Shown here piece by piece: positions 39,515-48,564 of a stretch of DNA of 64,000 nt (within the stretch, counting starts at the first letter, position 1; the number at the start of each line of letters is the position of its first letter). Made by a program: the position numbers and the translations under genes. The notes under the pieces are model-generated. The model was not told the DNA's origin. It worked only from the letters and a program-made list of their open reading frames with translations, and searched no databases. This DNA is from a virus: IMG/VR virus record IMGVR_UViG_3300025916_000002; one strand, given 5' to 3'.

Positions 39515-42500
39515 ATGCTAAAATCGTTATATTTTATACTGATAGCCGCTTGTCTTGCGTCAACTTCTCAGGCCCAATCTTACTATGGCTTTGATTCTAC
39601 ATCATTTAATGGACGCCGGGCGATTGTATTCATGCCCGCTGGAACAGGACCGTTCGCAGTAAGTATCCAATGGGGGCCAGCAGCGGAAACGTTGGATAAC
39701 AGTACCTGCGGGATGTGTACACTCTACAACACGGGCACCCCGAAACTCATTAAAGCAGGCGGTAATCCTTGCAATTTTATAAAAGGGAACGGAGATTCGG
39801 CGCATGTAATTGTAGTCAAAATCGATTTAGCCGATTATAATGATGGCAAGTTCAGCAACGATATGGCCATTTTCCTACCTGCTATCATGACTTATCTTGG
39901 CTCCAAGGCTGATACCACAAAGTATGCCGACGGAACTTACAAATACATTTCCATGATAGGCGAAGAACACGGAGCCGATGTAATCTTTAACTCAGTCACG
40001 CAGAATACTGCATCAAACCACTGCTTTTTTAATGGCGACCCCGGATGGGTATTTAAGCATATAAAGAAACTGTATGTCGCCCGCACCAATGATATTTGCC
40101 AGTATGGAAGCTATACAAATTCAGCGGCCTATGCTAATTCCGCTACAGAAAAAGTCTGGTATTACCGTGTAAATGGCGCATCCACAAATGAACCGGCATT
40201 GCAGACAGGATTAAATACCTACAGTCCCGGAGTAGTTCAGCGGCTTCGTAATTATGTTCTTTCAACCTCTCAACTTAGTGATACGTTTTACAGCGTTCAA
40301 AGTCCTTATTATACGGAGAATGTTTTCAGGGACTTGGTAGATGATACGTTTAACCATCCACCGCCGAACTACATAGCAAAGGTGTATACCATCTTTTCGT
40401 TATCCACCTATGCACAGCATGACCAGCAGCCACCTCAGAATTTCTTTGACGGCTATTTGGTGGCAGACCCGAAGAATGGCGTCTTAACAGACACTACTTC
40501 TCCCGGTAATCCGCAACACAAATGGGATACGACGGCAGGCGCACCACAAAAGCCTAATTACAACTTTGCGGGGAACGTAAACGGTACAATATGGCCCGGT
40601 AACCGGCAGATACGATTAATATTTGACCTTGGGGGCGTTCCAAACTTGAAAGACACAACAAAGAAGTTCAGTTTAACGGACATATATGGCCTTAGCGGGG
40701 AGGAAGCCGGACACCCGATGTACTTCTACAACCTAGACTCCTTGTTTGGCATGACGCCGATAAACGCAGCGTGGCATTTGGCACGACCGGACAGTTTGAT
40801 GAAGCCTTTTGATACGCTGACAACGACGGGCTTCGGTGCGGGATGGACAAATATATCGGCTCATGATTCCATGCGCTACCTGATGGTCATGATAACCACC
40901 TCGTCTTCCCATGCCTCCAATTTTAACGAACTTGTTTTCTACGGTCACTACGTAGGGGACACAACAGGCCGCGCCGCTCAACTTGCACCGCCGACATATA
41001 TGGGGCCATTGCCTTCTAAAAAGAGTGCGGCTTATACTGTGGGTAAAATGAATGGAACGAATCTATTTCAGGGCCTTGGCGCGGCTAGTACAGCCCATGA
41101 TGGGGATTTCCGGCTTTATACCAGCAAATGGTATTACGACACGGCTAATGTACGTAATGTACCTACTGGTTATAAATTCTGGGAAAGTTCAGACGTTAAC
41201 GTAGCGTGGGCATTAGCTTTAAATGCTGCTGGTAAATCGGTGCATTATACTAACCAATCTTCCAATCAGTATGCAGCAGCACAAGGGTCACAAGCTGACG
41301 TGGATAGCTCAGGCTTGGAGCCGGAAGTACCTACCAGCTATATGCGTGCAGCCGACTTTGCGTTCTGGTATTCCCGTGCTTTCGGGCATGATACACGGGC
41401 AGCCACACCTGACAAATGGGTGGGGCGCGGCAGCTATACCGGAAACGGATTGGGTTTGTTTGACACGTACGAAGCCGGGAACGAAAACGAAGCTCACGGT
41501 TCGTCCTACATGGCTATGTTTATGAAATTAAGCATGGAATGGGACGGACACAATGGAACTTATGGCGTAGCCGGGAAGACCGGTGTTAAGAATGGCGATA
41601 GCACTATGCTGCTTTCGGTACCGGGAATGGTTGATCCAGATACCAACTTTGTAGCATTTGCTAGATTTGGGACTGCCCTTTTCCGGACTGACAGTATATT
41701 GCCTTTCAAAAAAATGGCGGTTCATCGTTATCTACCCACCGATACTCTTAAAGGGATTTATCTTTCGTTAGAACAGCAAATAGGGATGCGTGGAGAATCA
41801 CCTGAGAATTTCGGACGATCGGGCTATCATGGTTGGTTGACTTATTCGGATAGAGTAGCCCGGAACATGTATAAATGGATGCCGACAACCATCCCTATTG
41901 ACCTTACTGAACAGGGCTATGGCAACTGCAACCAAGTCATTATTAATACTACCGAAGCGGCCAGCGTATATGACATTTATCCTTGGCTTTCCTATGATAC
42001 ATTAACCGTTCACCAAGCTAAAGCTATTATACTTGCTCGCATGCGCCTACTCATGATGGCATCACCATTTGCCAAGTACAACAACTATGCAAGTAGCAAT
42101 CAGTTCGGCGACACAAATAATTCCGTGCGTTTCCTTTTCTATGCCTACGGCATTGCGGCCGCTATCGGCGGTGCTCCATTTGACTTTTCAGTATTCTATG
42201 CCGGTTGGTATTATCAAGCCGGTTTTTACCATCAAATGAAGAACTATTACTTTGATTCGGTGATGGTAAACGGCGGTCCAACTGGTAAGTGGGTATTGAA
42301 ATTCAGGAACGCTTATCAAACGGATTCTGTTTGTTATGCCTCATGGTTGGGGACGTACACAAATGCGAATTTAACGGGACAAACTATCAACCTTGGCAGC
42401 CTCGCCGCGCAAGGAGTAAGAAAATGGGTGCCGTCATTCACCGATACGACCGGGGCATCTTCCTCTTTGACGGCTACGGCGGGTGTGCTATCTTCGCAAA

Positions 42501-42607
42501 CAATAACCGAAAGCCCAGTGCTGTTTTTTGCGAAGGAGGCGGCTATTGTGCCTGATCCAACGAAATGGGGGCCGGTGAGGTGGCGGGCGTTTAAAAAGGT
42601 AAACTAA
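39515..42607 (+). CDS. signal-peptide protein, possible glycoside hydrolase / polysaccharide depolymerase (1030 aa)
   Basis: N-terminal MLKSLYFILIAACLASTSQAQ. YEAGNENEAHG (~nt 41468) resembles the clan GH-A GNE(P) acid/base motif. A possible carbohydrate-binding-like segment lies around nt 40600-40750. Weak. Confidence 0.35.
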   Translation: MLKSLYFILIAACLASTSQAQSYYGFDSTSFNGRRAIVFMPAGTGPFAVSIQWGPAAETLDNSTCGMCTLYNTGTPKLIKAGGNPCNFIKGNGDSAHVIVVKIDLADYNDGKFSNDMAIFLPAIMTYLGSKADTTKYADGTYKYISMIGEEHGADVIFNSVTQNTASNHCFFNGDPGWVFKHIKKLYVARTNDICQYGSYTNSAAYANSATEKVWYYRVNGASTNEPALQTGLNTYSPGVVQRLRNYVLSTSQLSDTFYSVQSPYYTENVFRDLVDDTFNHPPPNYIAKVYTIFSLSTYAQHDQQPPQNFFDGYLVADPKNGVLTDTTSPGNPQHKWDTTAGAPQKPNYNFAGNVNGTIWPGNRQIRLIFDLGGVPNLKDTTKKFSLTDIYGLSGEEAGHPMYFYNLDSLFGMTPINAAWHLARPDSLMKPFDTLTTTGFGAGWTNISAHDSMRYLMVMITTSSSHASNFNELVFYGHYVGDTTGRAAQLAPPTYMGPLPSKKSAAYTVGKMNGTNLFQGLGAASTAHDGDFRLYTSKWYYDTANVRNVPTGYKFWESSDVNVAWALALNAAGKSVHYTNQSSNQYAAAQGSQADVDSSGLEPEVPTSYMRAADFAFWYSRAFGHDTRAATPDKWVGRGSYTGNGLGLFDTYEAGNENEAHGSSYMAMFMKLSMEWDGHNGTYGVAGKTGVKNGDSTMLLSVPGMVDPDTNFVAFARFGTALFRTDSILPFKKMAVHRYLPTDTLKGIYLSLEQQIGMRGESPENFGRSGYHGWLTYSDRVARNMYKWMPTTIPIDLTEQGYGNCNQVIINTTEAASVYDIYPWLSYDTLTVHQAKAIILARMRLLMMASPFAKYNNYASSNQFGDTNNSVRFLFYAYGIAAAIGGAPFDFSVFYAGWYYQAGFYHQMKNYYFDSVMVNGGPTGKWVLKFRNAYQTDSVCYASWLGTYTNANLTGQTINLGSLAAQGVRKWVPSFTDTTGASSSLTATAGVLSSQTITESPVLFFAKEAAIVPDPTKWGPVRWRAFKKVN

Positions 42608-42850
42608 ATGGACGACAAAGAAATACTTATACGGCAAACCGTCTTAATGGAAGAAACCGTTAAGCGGGTAATAACCATCGAAGGGAAGGTGGATAGTATT
42701 AGCCAAACCCAATTGAGCAAAACGGAAACCAGATTAGCGGTAAGTGAAGAAAAGGTGTCCCGATTGGAGAAAATAATATACGGCGCACTTGCGGCTATCA
42801 TGATCGAACTTATATCAATTTTATTTTTATGGATGCAGCCGAAGCATTAA
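42608..42850 (+). CDS. XhlA-like coiled-coil / C-terminal TM protein (80 aa), lysis-associated candidate
   Basis: The N-terminal coiled-coil heptads plus the single C-terminal TM (IYGALAAIMIELISILFLW) match the haemolysin XhlA family layout. Confidence 0.45.
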   Translation: MDDKEILIRQTVLMEETVKRVITIEGKVDSISQTQLSKTETRLAVSEEKVSRLEKIIYGALAAIMIELISILFLWMQPKH

Positions 42851-43251
42851 TGAAAGAAGTTGTGGCTTTGAGGGTTCTGGCCATGCGAAACGCCAAACCT
42901 TTGTTTGATGAACAGATAGCTCGATTCTCGCCATCTATTGTAGTAGACATAAGCGATGGTATTATACTGCACTCAACGCCACGGGCAAACGAGTTGTTCG
43001 GGTATATCAATGGCGAGCTAGACGGGAAAAACATCAAAGACTTGATGCCTGTCCGTTTTCGCGCCGGACATGATGAGCACTTGAAGTATTTCAAGGCCAA
43101 TCCTAAATCGAGACCAATGGGTCATGTGGCTATGACGCTGGTAGGATTGAACAAGAACGGGACTGAATTCCCCATAGAAATCAGCTTGGAACCCGTAAAT
43201 TTGATAGGCAAGGAGCTGGCTATTGCGACCATTTTGAAAACACGTAACTAA
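42829..43251 (+). CDS. stand-alone PAS domain protein (140 aa; alternative start at 42850)
   Basis: Canonical PAS pattern: IVVDISDGIILHSTPRANELFGYINGELDGKNIKDLMP..RFRAGHDEHLKYF..RPMG..LVGLNKNGTEFPIEISLEP. Confidence 0.8.
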   Translation: MDAAEALMKEVVALRVLAMRNAKPLFDEQIARFSPSIVVDISDGIILHSTPRANELFGYINGELDGKNIKDLMPVRFRAGHDEHLKYFKANPKSRPMGHVAMTLVGLNKNGTEFPIEISLEPVNLIGKELAIATILKTRN

Positions 43252-43262
43252 AACCCAAATAT

Positions 43263-43559
43263 ATGGCTACTGTATCTATAAAGAACGTAAGCAAGATGGC
43301 CCCCAAGTGGTACCGCAAGCTAAAGCGGGTAGTTAATATTGGTATCATTCCCTCTGCCGTAATGACCATTAAGGGCCTATGGGAGGGAAATGACGCCCAG
43401 CTTAACAAAGTGCTGATTATTATCACCATCTCTGTGCCGGCTTTTATAGAAGTGCTGGGGATGCTTCTGGCAGACGACGTGGATGACGGTAGCCAAGAAA
43501 TAACCACGATGGGCACCGCTGCACCTACGATCAATGTAAACACCCCTGCAAAACCTTGA
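43263..43559 (+). CDS. small membrane protein (98 aa)
   Basis: Two hydrophobic segments (VVNIGIIPSAVMTI, VLIIITISVPAFIEVLGMLL). Confidence 0.5.
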   Translation: MATVSIKNVSKMAPKWYRKLKRVVNIGIIPSAVMTIKGLWEGNDAQLNKVLIIITISVPAFIEVLGMLLADDVDDGSQEITTMGTAAPTINVNTPAKP

Positions 43560-43626
43560 CCGTAATCAAGTCTGAGATTCCGATATTTACGCAGTCATTA
43601 ATTCGTTAACATTAAATACTTTTACA

Positions 43627-43824
43627 ATGAACGATCCCAAGAAAAAACACCACGAACCGGAAAAACCCAAGCACCCGCATGAACCTGATCGCCATCCTGA
43701 AAAAGATAAGCCGAAGCCTAAACCGGGCACGCCTTCGCCTGCGGACGATCCTATCGGCGACCCGGCTGACCCGGACGGTGACGGGGATATTGACACGCCT
43801 CCCCACGGCCCCGGAAACCCTTGA
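43627..43824 (+). CDS. low-complexity Pro/Lys/His/Asp-rich microprotein (65 aa)
   Basis: ORF with a basic N-half and an acidic C-half. Coding status is uncertain. Confidence 0.35.
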   Translation: MNDPKKKHHEPEKPKHPHEPDRHPEKDKPKPKPGTPSPADDPIGDPADPDGDGDIDTPPHGPGNP

Positions 43825-43864
43825 TAAGTATTCGACGATTGCCGCCTATGTTTTCTTAGGGGGC

Positions 43865-44170
43865 ATGGTTTTTTTCCTTTCTTTGAAAGTCGTACCCAAT
43901 GATATTGTGACCTATAAAGCCTATTACCTGTGGGATAAAGGCAAGGATTGCCTGTTTATTTTCTGCCTGTTACTATTTTGCGAACCATTACGCCGATTCT
44001 TTTTTATAGTTTTAGTTTACGCAATAATTCGATTTTTATGGCAAATCTTCATAACGGCAACCAACGAAGATATAAACGACATTCGGTGGATCAACATTAC
44101 ATGGTGGACACTGGCGAGTTATATGACCTATCTCTGTATCAAGGAAATGCTAAACCGAAAAGAGAAATGA
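43865..44170 (+). CDS. multi-pass small membrane protein (101 aa)
   Basis: First in-frame ATG of track ORF 43679..44170. Three hydrophobic segments. Confidence 0.45.
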   Translation: MVFFLSLKVVPNDIVTYKAYYLWDKGKDCLFIFCLLLFCEPLRRFFFIVLVYAIIRFLWQIFITATNEDINDIRWINITWWTLASYMTYLCIKEMLNRKEK

Positions 44171-44409
44171 TAACTAAAGTCCTTATCTGGCTATGGTATG
44201 GCGTAGGAATTCCCTGCTGGGTATCGGCATTCTTGTCTATCATTCTTGGATGGATACATTTAGGGGATGTAAAGGAATTCATAACGCTGATGATACCTAT
44301 TATCCTAGGCGCTTCCAAAGTTGTCATCATGTGGGCCGAGAAAGGCGATATTGTTTGGGCGAAGTGCAAACGGTTATTCAAGAAGAAACGGAGAGCGAGA
44401 GTAAAATGA
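44167..44409 (+). CDS. small membrane protein with basic C-terminus (80 aa)
   Basis: ATGA overlap with the upstream gene. Two TM segments followed by KRLFKKKRRARVK. Confidence 0.5.
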   Translation: MITKVLIWLWYGVGIPCWVSAFLSIILGWIHLGDVKEFITLMIPIILGASKVVIMWAEKGDIVWAKCKRLFKKKRRARVK

Positions 44410-44498
44410 AAACATTCTACCGCATATTATTCTGGGCTATCGCATTGATAGCCCTTATTGCTTTTTGGACATGGGTGTTCTGGATGTATGCGCAATAA
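44406..44498 (+). CDS. single-TM micro-ORF (30 aa)
   Basis: ATGA overlap with the upstream gene. Translation: MKTFYRILFWAIALIALIAFWTWVFWMYAQ. Confidence 0.4.
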   Translation: MKTFYRILFWAIALIALIAFWTWVFWMYAQ

Positions 44499-44499
44499 A

Positions 44500-44537
44500 A
44501 AGGCCCCGTGCCGCTACTGCGAACCAACCGGGGCCTT
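44500..44537 (-). terminator. intrinsic terminator between convergent genes (T-run on the minus strand)
   Basis: AAGGCCCCG (44500-08) pairs with CGGGGCCTT (44529-37). The minus-strand reading is followed by TTTTT. Confidence 0.65.
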
Positions 44538-44561
44538 ATGACAGAACTTTTCAGGAAACTG

Positions 44562-45254
44562 TCAACTTTTAAAAGTCAATACGGCAGGATTTACAACACC
44601 CTCACCTTCGTGACCGTATGATTTATTATGCCATTTACGCAGTTCTTCGCCATGCTTCCAGAAATGCGAAAGGGCGTTAACAGCGCACCCGTATTGAAAA
44701 CCAGTAATACCAAGCCACCCCAATCCCTTCTGTGTTTCATCGGCTACTTCTGCAACAGTTCTACCAGCGGCAATTTCTATCTGCATCAACTTGGCCCATA
44801 CCTCCCCGTAGTCAATTACAGCCCGTGAATAACCTCCATCATCATTCTTGGTAACATAGGCTTTGTAATCTTCTACCTTTTCGGGGACTATCTCCAACTC
44901 AATACCTTTTATCTTGACCTCAGTTGCTTCCCTCTCCATCTTCTCTTTAGCCTCGTATTCCTTTTGTTGTTCTTCCCGTTTCTTGTCACGAATAGCAGTT
45001 CTCGTGTCCAATTCTTTTTGAACGTCGTCGGGGTAGGTCTCAACGCAGTTCGGGCCTACTGTTTTCCATTCCATGACCCATGAGTTACAATAATCCCTCC
45101 AAAGCCAATCAAGGTTGGTGTCTTTGGTAACGAGATTGGTAACACCATTAAATTCAAATTCCACCGTTAGTGTCTGTCGTGCAGCTTCTTTGGCTTTCTG
45201 AGCTACTTCTGAATAAGTGTCTCCTGCGCCTGTTTGTAATACATAATTTTTCAT
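44562..45254 (-). CDS. hypothetical protein (230 aa), lone reverse-strand gene (moron-like)
   Basis: The only minus-strand gene between 8771 and 51585. It is bracketed by minus-strand terminators. Confidence 0.6.
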   Translation of the reverse strand: MKNYVLQTGAGDTYSEVAQKAKEAARQTLTVEFEFNGVTNLVTKDTNLDWLWRDYCNSWVMEWKTVGPNCVETYPDDVQKELDTRTAIRDKKREEQQKEYEAKEKMEREATEVKIKGIELEIVPEKVEDYKAYVTKNDDGGYSRAVIDYGEVWAKLMQIEIAAGRTVAEVADETQKGLGWLGITGFQYGCAVNALSHFWKHGEELRKWHNKSYGHEGEGVVNPAVLTFKS

Positions 45255-45345
45255 TTTGAAAAGTTTTTGATGAACCCGTAAGATACAACCTCAGGTTAAA
45301 CCAGACAAGCGTAAAAACCCTCTATCTTTAGTGTGGCATAAAAAA

Positions 45346-45369
45346 GCCCCGGCTTCTCACTTCCGGGGC
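45346..45369 (-). terminator. intrinsic terminator-like hairpin in the leader upstream of 44562..45254
   Basis: GCCCCGG (45346-52) pairs with CCGGGGC (45363-69). On the minus strand it is followed by TTTTTTAT. Confidence 0.55.
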
Positions 45370-45493
45370 GTAATGCGGAGATTAGAACGAAGTGGTAATC
45401 CATTTCTAAAACATCCAGCGGGGTTGAAGGTAGGAAATTTGGCTGAAAAATAAAATTTGGTGGAATTAATTTTTCTTTCTAAGTTTGTGAAAC

Positions 45494-45823
45494 ATGAAAT
45501 CATTAGGAGAATTATTAAAGATTGGTCGCGGGACGCTTACACTACGAGAAGTGGAAGAAACAACGGGTGTATCAAACGCCTATTTGAGCCAGCTGGAAAA
45601 TGATAAGATAAAACGGCCCTCCGCTAATGTATTGTACAAGCTGGCTACTTTATACGGCATGACAATCGAAGGTCTTTTGCAAGCGGCCGGAATAGTAGAC
45701 CCTCCAACGCAGCCGAATTTAAAGTGGACAAAGAAGTTAGGCCCCATGGTTATAACCAATAAAGAGGAAAATGATTTGATAGACTATCTGGCATTCCTTC
45801 GTAATAAAAAGAAAGCAAAATGA
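45494..45823 (+). CDS. XRE-family helix-turn-helix transcriptional regulator (109 aa)
   Basis: LREVEETTGVSNAYLSQLENDKIKRPSANVLYKLATLYGMTIEGLL is a typical HTH_3/XRE signature. Confidence 0.85.
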   Translation: MKSLGELLKIGRGTLTLREVEETTGVSNAYLSQLENDKIKRPSANVLYKLATLYGMTIEGLLQAAGIVDPPTQPNLKWTKKLGPMVITNKEENDLIDYLAFLRNKKKAK

Positions 45824-46107
45824 GTCTAGACGCGTACTATAATCAAGATGGAGCCACCAAGGCAGCGATGCATGACAATGGCATTGAGGCTGAAAAAGAC
45901 AGAATTCTCAAAGATTGGCCTAAGAATTCAGCCGGTGATTACGTTTGTAGTAAGGAAAAGCCAATGGAAAAATGGATGCCGAAAGAAACTTCGCCCAAAA
46001 GATGGGAGCACGATGATGTACATGAGACAGATTATGACGGTGAATATTCGATAGAGTATAAATGCCACTCATGTGGTCATATTTGGAAATCTGAAATGCC
46101 TCAATAA
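45820..46107 (+). CDS. hypothetical protein (95 aa)
   Basis: ATGA overlap. C-terminal CHSCGH half zinc-ribbon-like motif. Confidence 0.5.
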   Translation: MSLDAYYNQDGATKAAMHDNGIEAEKDRILKDWPKNSAGDYVCSKEKPMEKWMPKETSPKRWEHDDVHETDYDGEYSIEYKCHSCGHIWKSEMPQ

Positions 46108-46379
46108 TGAAACTACTCCAATACATAACCATCATTGCTTTACTTAATTTCCAGCAGAGAACGTATAAGATAGTAGAGGTAATCCCCAACTGCAAGTGTA
46201 TCTGTACTTGTGTAATAACTATTAAAGACAATACAGGCAGCAAATTTGAGTTTCTTTATATCCCGTCGAATAGTGGCTTGGCTGCGCCGCCCGTAGGCGC
46301 TACGGTTAAATTACTAAAGGATTCATCTTTTATTTATAAAGGTAAAACCTATACACCATGCGGATCGTTCGGTTATTAG
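46107..46379 (+). CDS. hypothetical protein (90 aa)
   Basis: Start overlaps the previous stop. Confidence 0.45.
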   Translation: MKLLQYITIIALLNFQQRTYKIVEVIPNCKCICTCVITIKDNTGSKFEFLYIPSNSGLAAPPVGATVKLLKDSSFIYKGKTYTPCGSFGY

Positions 46380-46720
46380 TCATTATCCTCTTTGCTTTGG
46401 CTTCTGTGTTTTTCGGATGCCAGCAAGGTACGCCAAAGTATACCACCGTCAAAAAGACTGTATACAGTTTACCTGATACATTGTCCGGAATCTACATAAA
46501 AAGGCAAGCAGGCCATGGATGGAACGATACTCTCAATCACGTCTTTTATGAAACCGATTCTATTTACTATGAAGAATCCAACCCCTTTATTTTAGGTCTT
46601 GGCAGTATTGATTTCGGTGCGGCAGATACTATACATCCAAGCCATCTTGAAAAATTAGTAGAGGAAACGCTGAAAAACTCATACCCCGATTCAATTTATT
46701 TAAATCCAAATCACAGATGA
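46358..46720 (+). CDS. putative lipoprotein (120 aa)
   Basis: Signal peptide ending in FFGC-QQG. Confidence 0.5.
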   Translation: MRIVRLLVIILFALASVFFGCQQGTPKYTTVKKTVYSLPDTLSGIYIKRQAGHGWNDTLNHVFYETDSIYYEESNPFILGLGSIDFGAADTIHPSHLEKLVEETLKNSYPDSIYLNPNHR

Positions 46721-47112
46721 AAGTTCTTTTTATCGTTTTAAATGTATATATCTTTATTGGCTGCCAGCAAAATCCACCACCAATCAAAGTGCCCGATACA
46801 ATACATTTTGAGATGGGGCAAAATTCTATGCGTTGGAGAGAAGGGATAGAGATATTCAGGCAGGATTCCGGCGTTCGCATGGTTATAGTAGGAGCCAAAA
46901 AAGGCATTGTCGCATATAAAAACGACACTTCAAAAGATGAAATATTCATTTACGATACACTGGGCACAATTCGGGAACTTATAAGGACAATAAACTTTAT
47001 GCAGCGGCACAAGGACACGGTGTATATTAAATCTCGCAAAGTGATCCATACCGACAACCAAACAGTAAACATCGACGGCGATAGCTACGGTGAAATAATT
47101 CAAAGAAACTAA
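46717..47112 (+). CDS. putative lipoprotein (131 aa), possible paralogue of 46358..46720 at the N-terminus
   Basis: Signal peptide ending in FIGC-QQN. ATGA overlap. Confidence 0.5.
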   Translation: MKVLFIVLNVYIFIGCQQNPPPIKVPDTIHFEMGQNSMRWREGIEIFRQDSGVRMVIVGAKKGIVAYKNDTSKDEIFIYDTLGTIRELIRTINFMQRHKDTVYIKSRKVIHTDNQTVNIDGDSYGEIIQRN

Positions 47113-47113
47113 G

Positions 47114-47866
47114 ATGAAAATAGAGATAAACGGCCCAAAACTAGTTATCGCAGGCGTTGTCCTTGTAGGATTGATCTGGCTATTCAGCAGGGGGTGCGGC
47201 GGGAATAGCGCAGCCCTAACGGCGGCCAATAACAAAGTTGATAGTGCCATTGCGGCCAGTGCTTATGCCCATCAAGAAGCAGCAAAGAAAGACGATACGT
47301 TGCGCATGAGGGACGACACTATCCGGCAATTGTTAATCAACAATGAAGCTTTCGCAGAAGAAACAAACAAGGCTTATGACGCTGCCGCGAATGCAGAAGA
47401 CAAAACAAAACAATTTCAGAATAAATATGAGACAGCCCGAAAAAGACTGGACACGGTTCTCGCACTTGCGTCCTGTGATAGTCTCACACTCGCAATCGCC
47501 CGCGAACGAATCAAAGCTAACGCAGCCCAAAAAGCCTGCAAAGACCAAATCAACGGACTTGGCGATCTCCTCAGTCAAAAAAACAAAGACATAGGAACTC
47601 TTACACGGCAAGTGCAGGCGCTCCGACAACCGGCCAACATCGTAAGCGATGCCCTTCATGCTGTAAAAGCAGCAACGAAGGAGCCGTGGATTAAAGGCTA
47701 TGTCGGCGCATCTGTAATGGGTAATCAAACAAGCTTTGGATTTGGGCCTGATGTGACGTTGCTATTCAAAGGTGGCGTTATGGTTCGTGGTGGGGCGGTG
47801 TTGATGGGGAGTCAGGTGATGGGGCAAATCGGCATCGCAAAACTTATTTCATTTAAAAAACGATAA
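47114..47866 (+). CDS. N-terminally anchored coiled-coil protein (250 aa), i-spanin-like candidate
   Basis: One N-terminal TM (LVIAGVVLVGLIWLF), then a long Ala/Lys/Gln-rich helical region. Confidence 0.3.
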   Translation: MKIEINGPKLVIAGVVLVGLIWLFSRGCGGNSAALTAANNKVDSAIAASAYAHQEAAKKDDTLRMRDDTIRQLLINNEAFAEETNKAYDAAANAEDKTKQFQNKYETARKRLDTVLALASCDSLTLAIARERIKANAAQKACKDQINGLGDLLSQKNKDIGTLTRQVQALRQPANIVSDALHAVKAATKEPWIKGYVGASVMGNQTSFGFGPDVTLLFKGGVMVRGGAVLMGSQVMGQIGIAKLISFKKR

Positions 47867-47867
47867 T

Positions 47868-48080
47868 ATGGCATTCGCAAAAACTATTGCAAAAGGTATA
47901 CACGGCAATATTCAACACATGGAAGAAGAACGTGCACGTATTTTATCTATCTTAAAAGTTAAGATTCGTAAAAATCAAGTTGCTGCTTATGAAGAGGTGG
48001 GCTCATGTGTAGCAAGATACGTGAATCAGCTTAAAAGGATTGATGAAGCCATTAGTTATTTGAATGCCAATTACGCTTAA
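47868..48080 (+). CDS. hypothetical protein (70 aa)
   Basis: Compact spacing. Confidence 0.45.
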   Translation: MAFAKTIAKGIHGNIQHMEEERARILSILKVKIRKNQVAAYEEVGSCVARYVNQLKRIDEAISYLNANYA

Positions 48081-48132
48081 TTTCCTCCATAGACGAAACA
48101 GAAATGGAGAGGGAATATAAAACTGAAAAGGT

Positions 48133-48564
48133 ATGACCCCGCAAGAGCTGCAAACATTGTACGAAACCATCAAAGCGCGTCTTGAGCGGAATGAAGATGG
48201 AATGGTGCATTGGTTTGAAGATGAAGCAGGGCCGTGGAGAATAGTAAAGCCGAAAGTTGACGGGAAGATGGTGCGCTATTTTACGCCATCCTACCAAATT
48301 GGTTTAGATAAATACGGATTCATTAAAACTAAAAATAAATTAACCATGTCAAAAGGAGCAATAATGATAACCCTCGTGATAGCCGGTATCGGCATCGGTA
48401 TCTTAGGTTGGGCGCAGGCGGAATCCGTACACGTTGCGGAGATAAAACCACTGTCTGAAGCCATCCGTGTAGCCAATATATGGATGTATGTAGGCATCGG
48501 TGGCGCTGTTATGGCCGGAATCGGTTTAGCCCTGTTGGCAGCAGGATGGGGGAGGGGCAAGTAA
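48133..48564 (+). CDS. membrane protein (143 aa), holin/antiholin candidate
   Basis: Soluble N-half and two C-terminal TM segments. Its stop overlaps the next start. Confidence 0.35.
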   Translation: MTPQELQTLYETIKARLERNEDGMVHWFEDEAGPWRIVKPKVDGKMVRYFTPSYQIGLDKYGFIKTKNKLTMSKGAIMITLVIAGIGIGILGWAQAESVHVAEIKPLSEAIRVANIWMYVGIGGAVMAGIGLALLAAGWGRGK

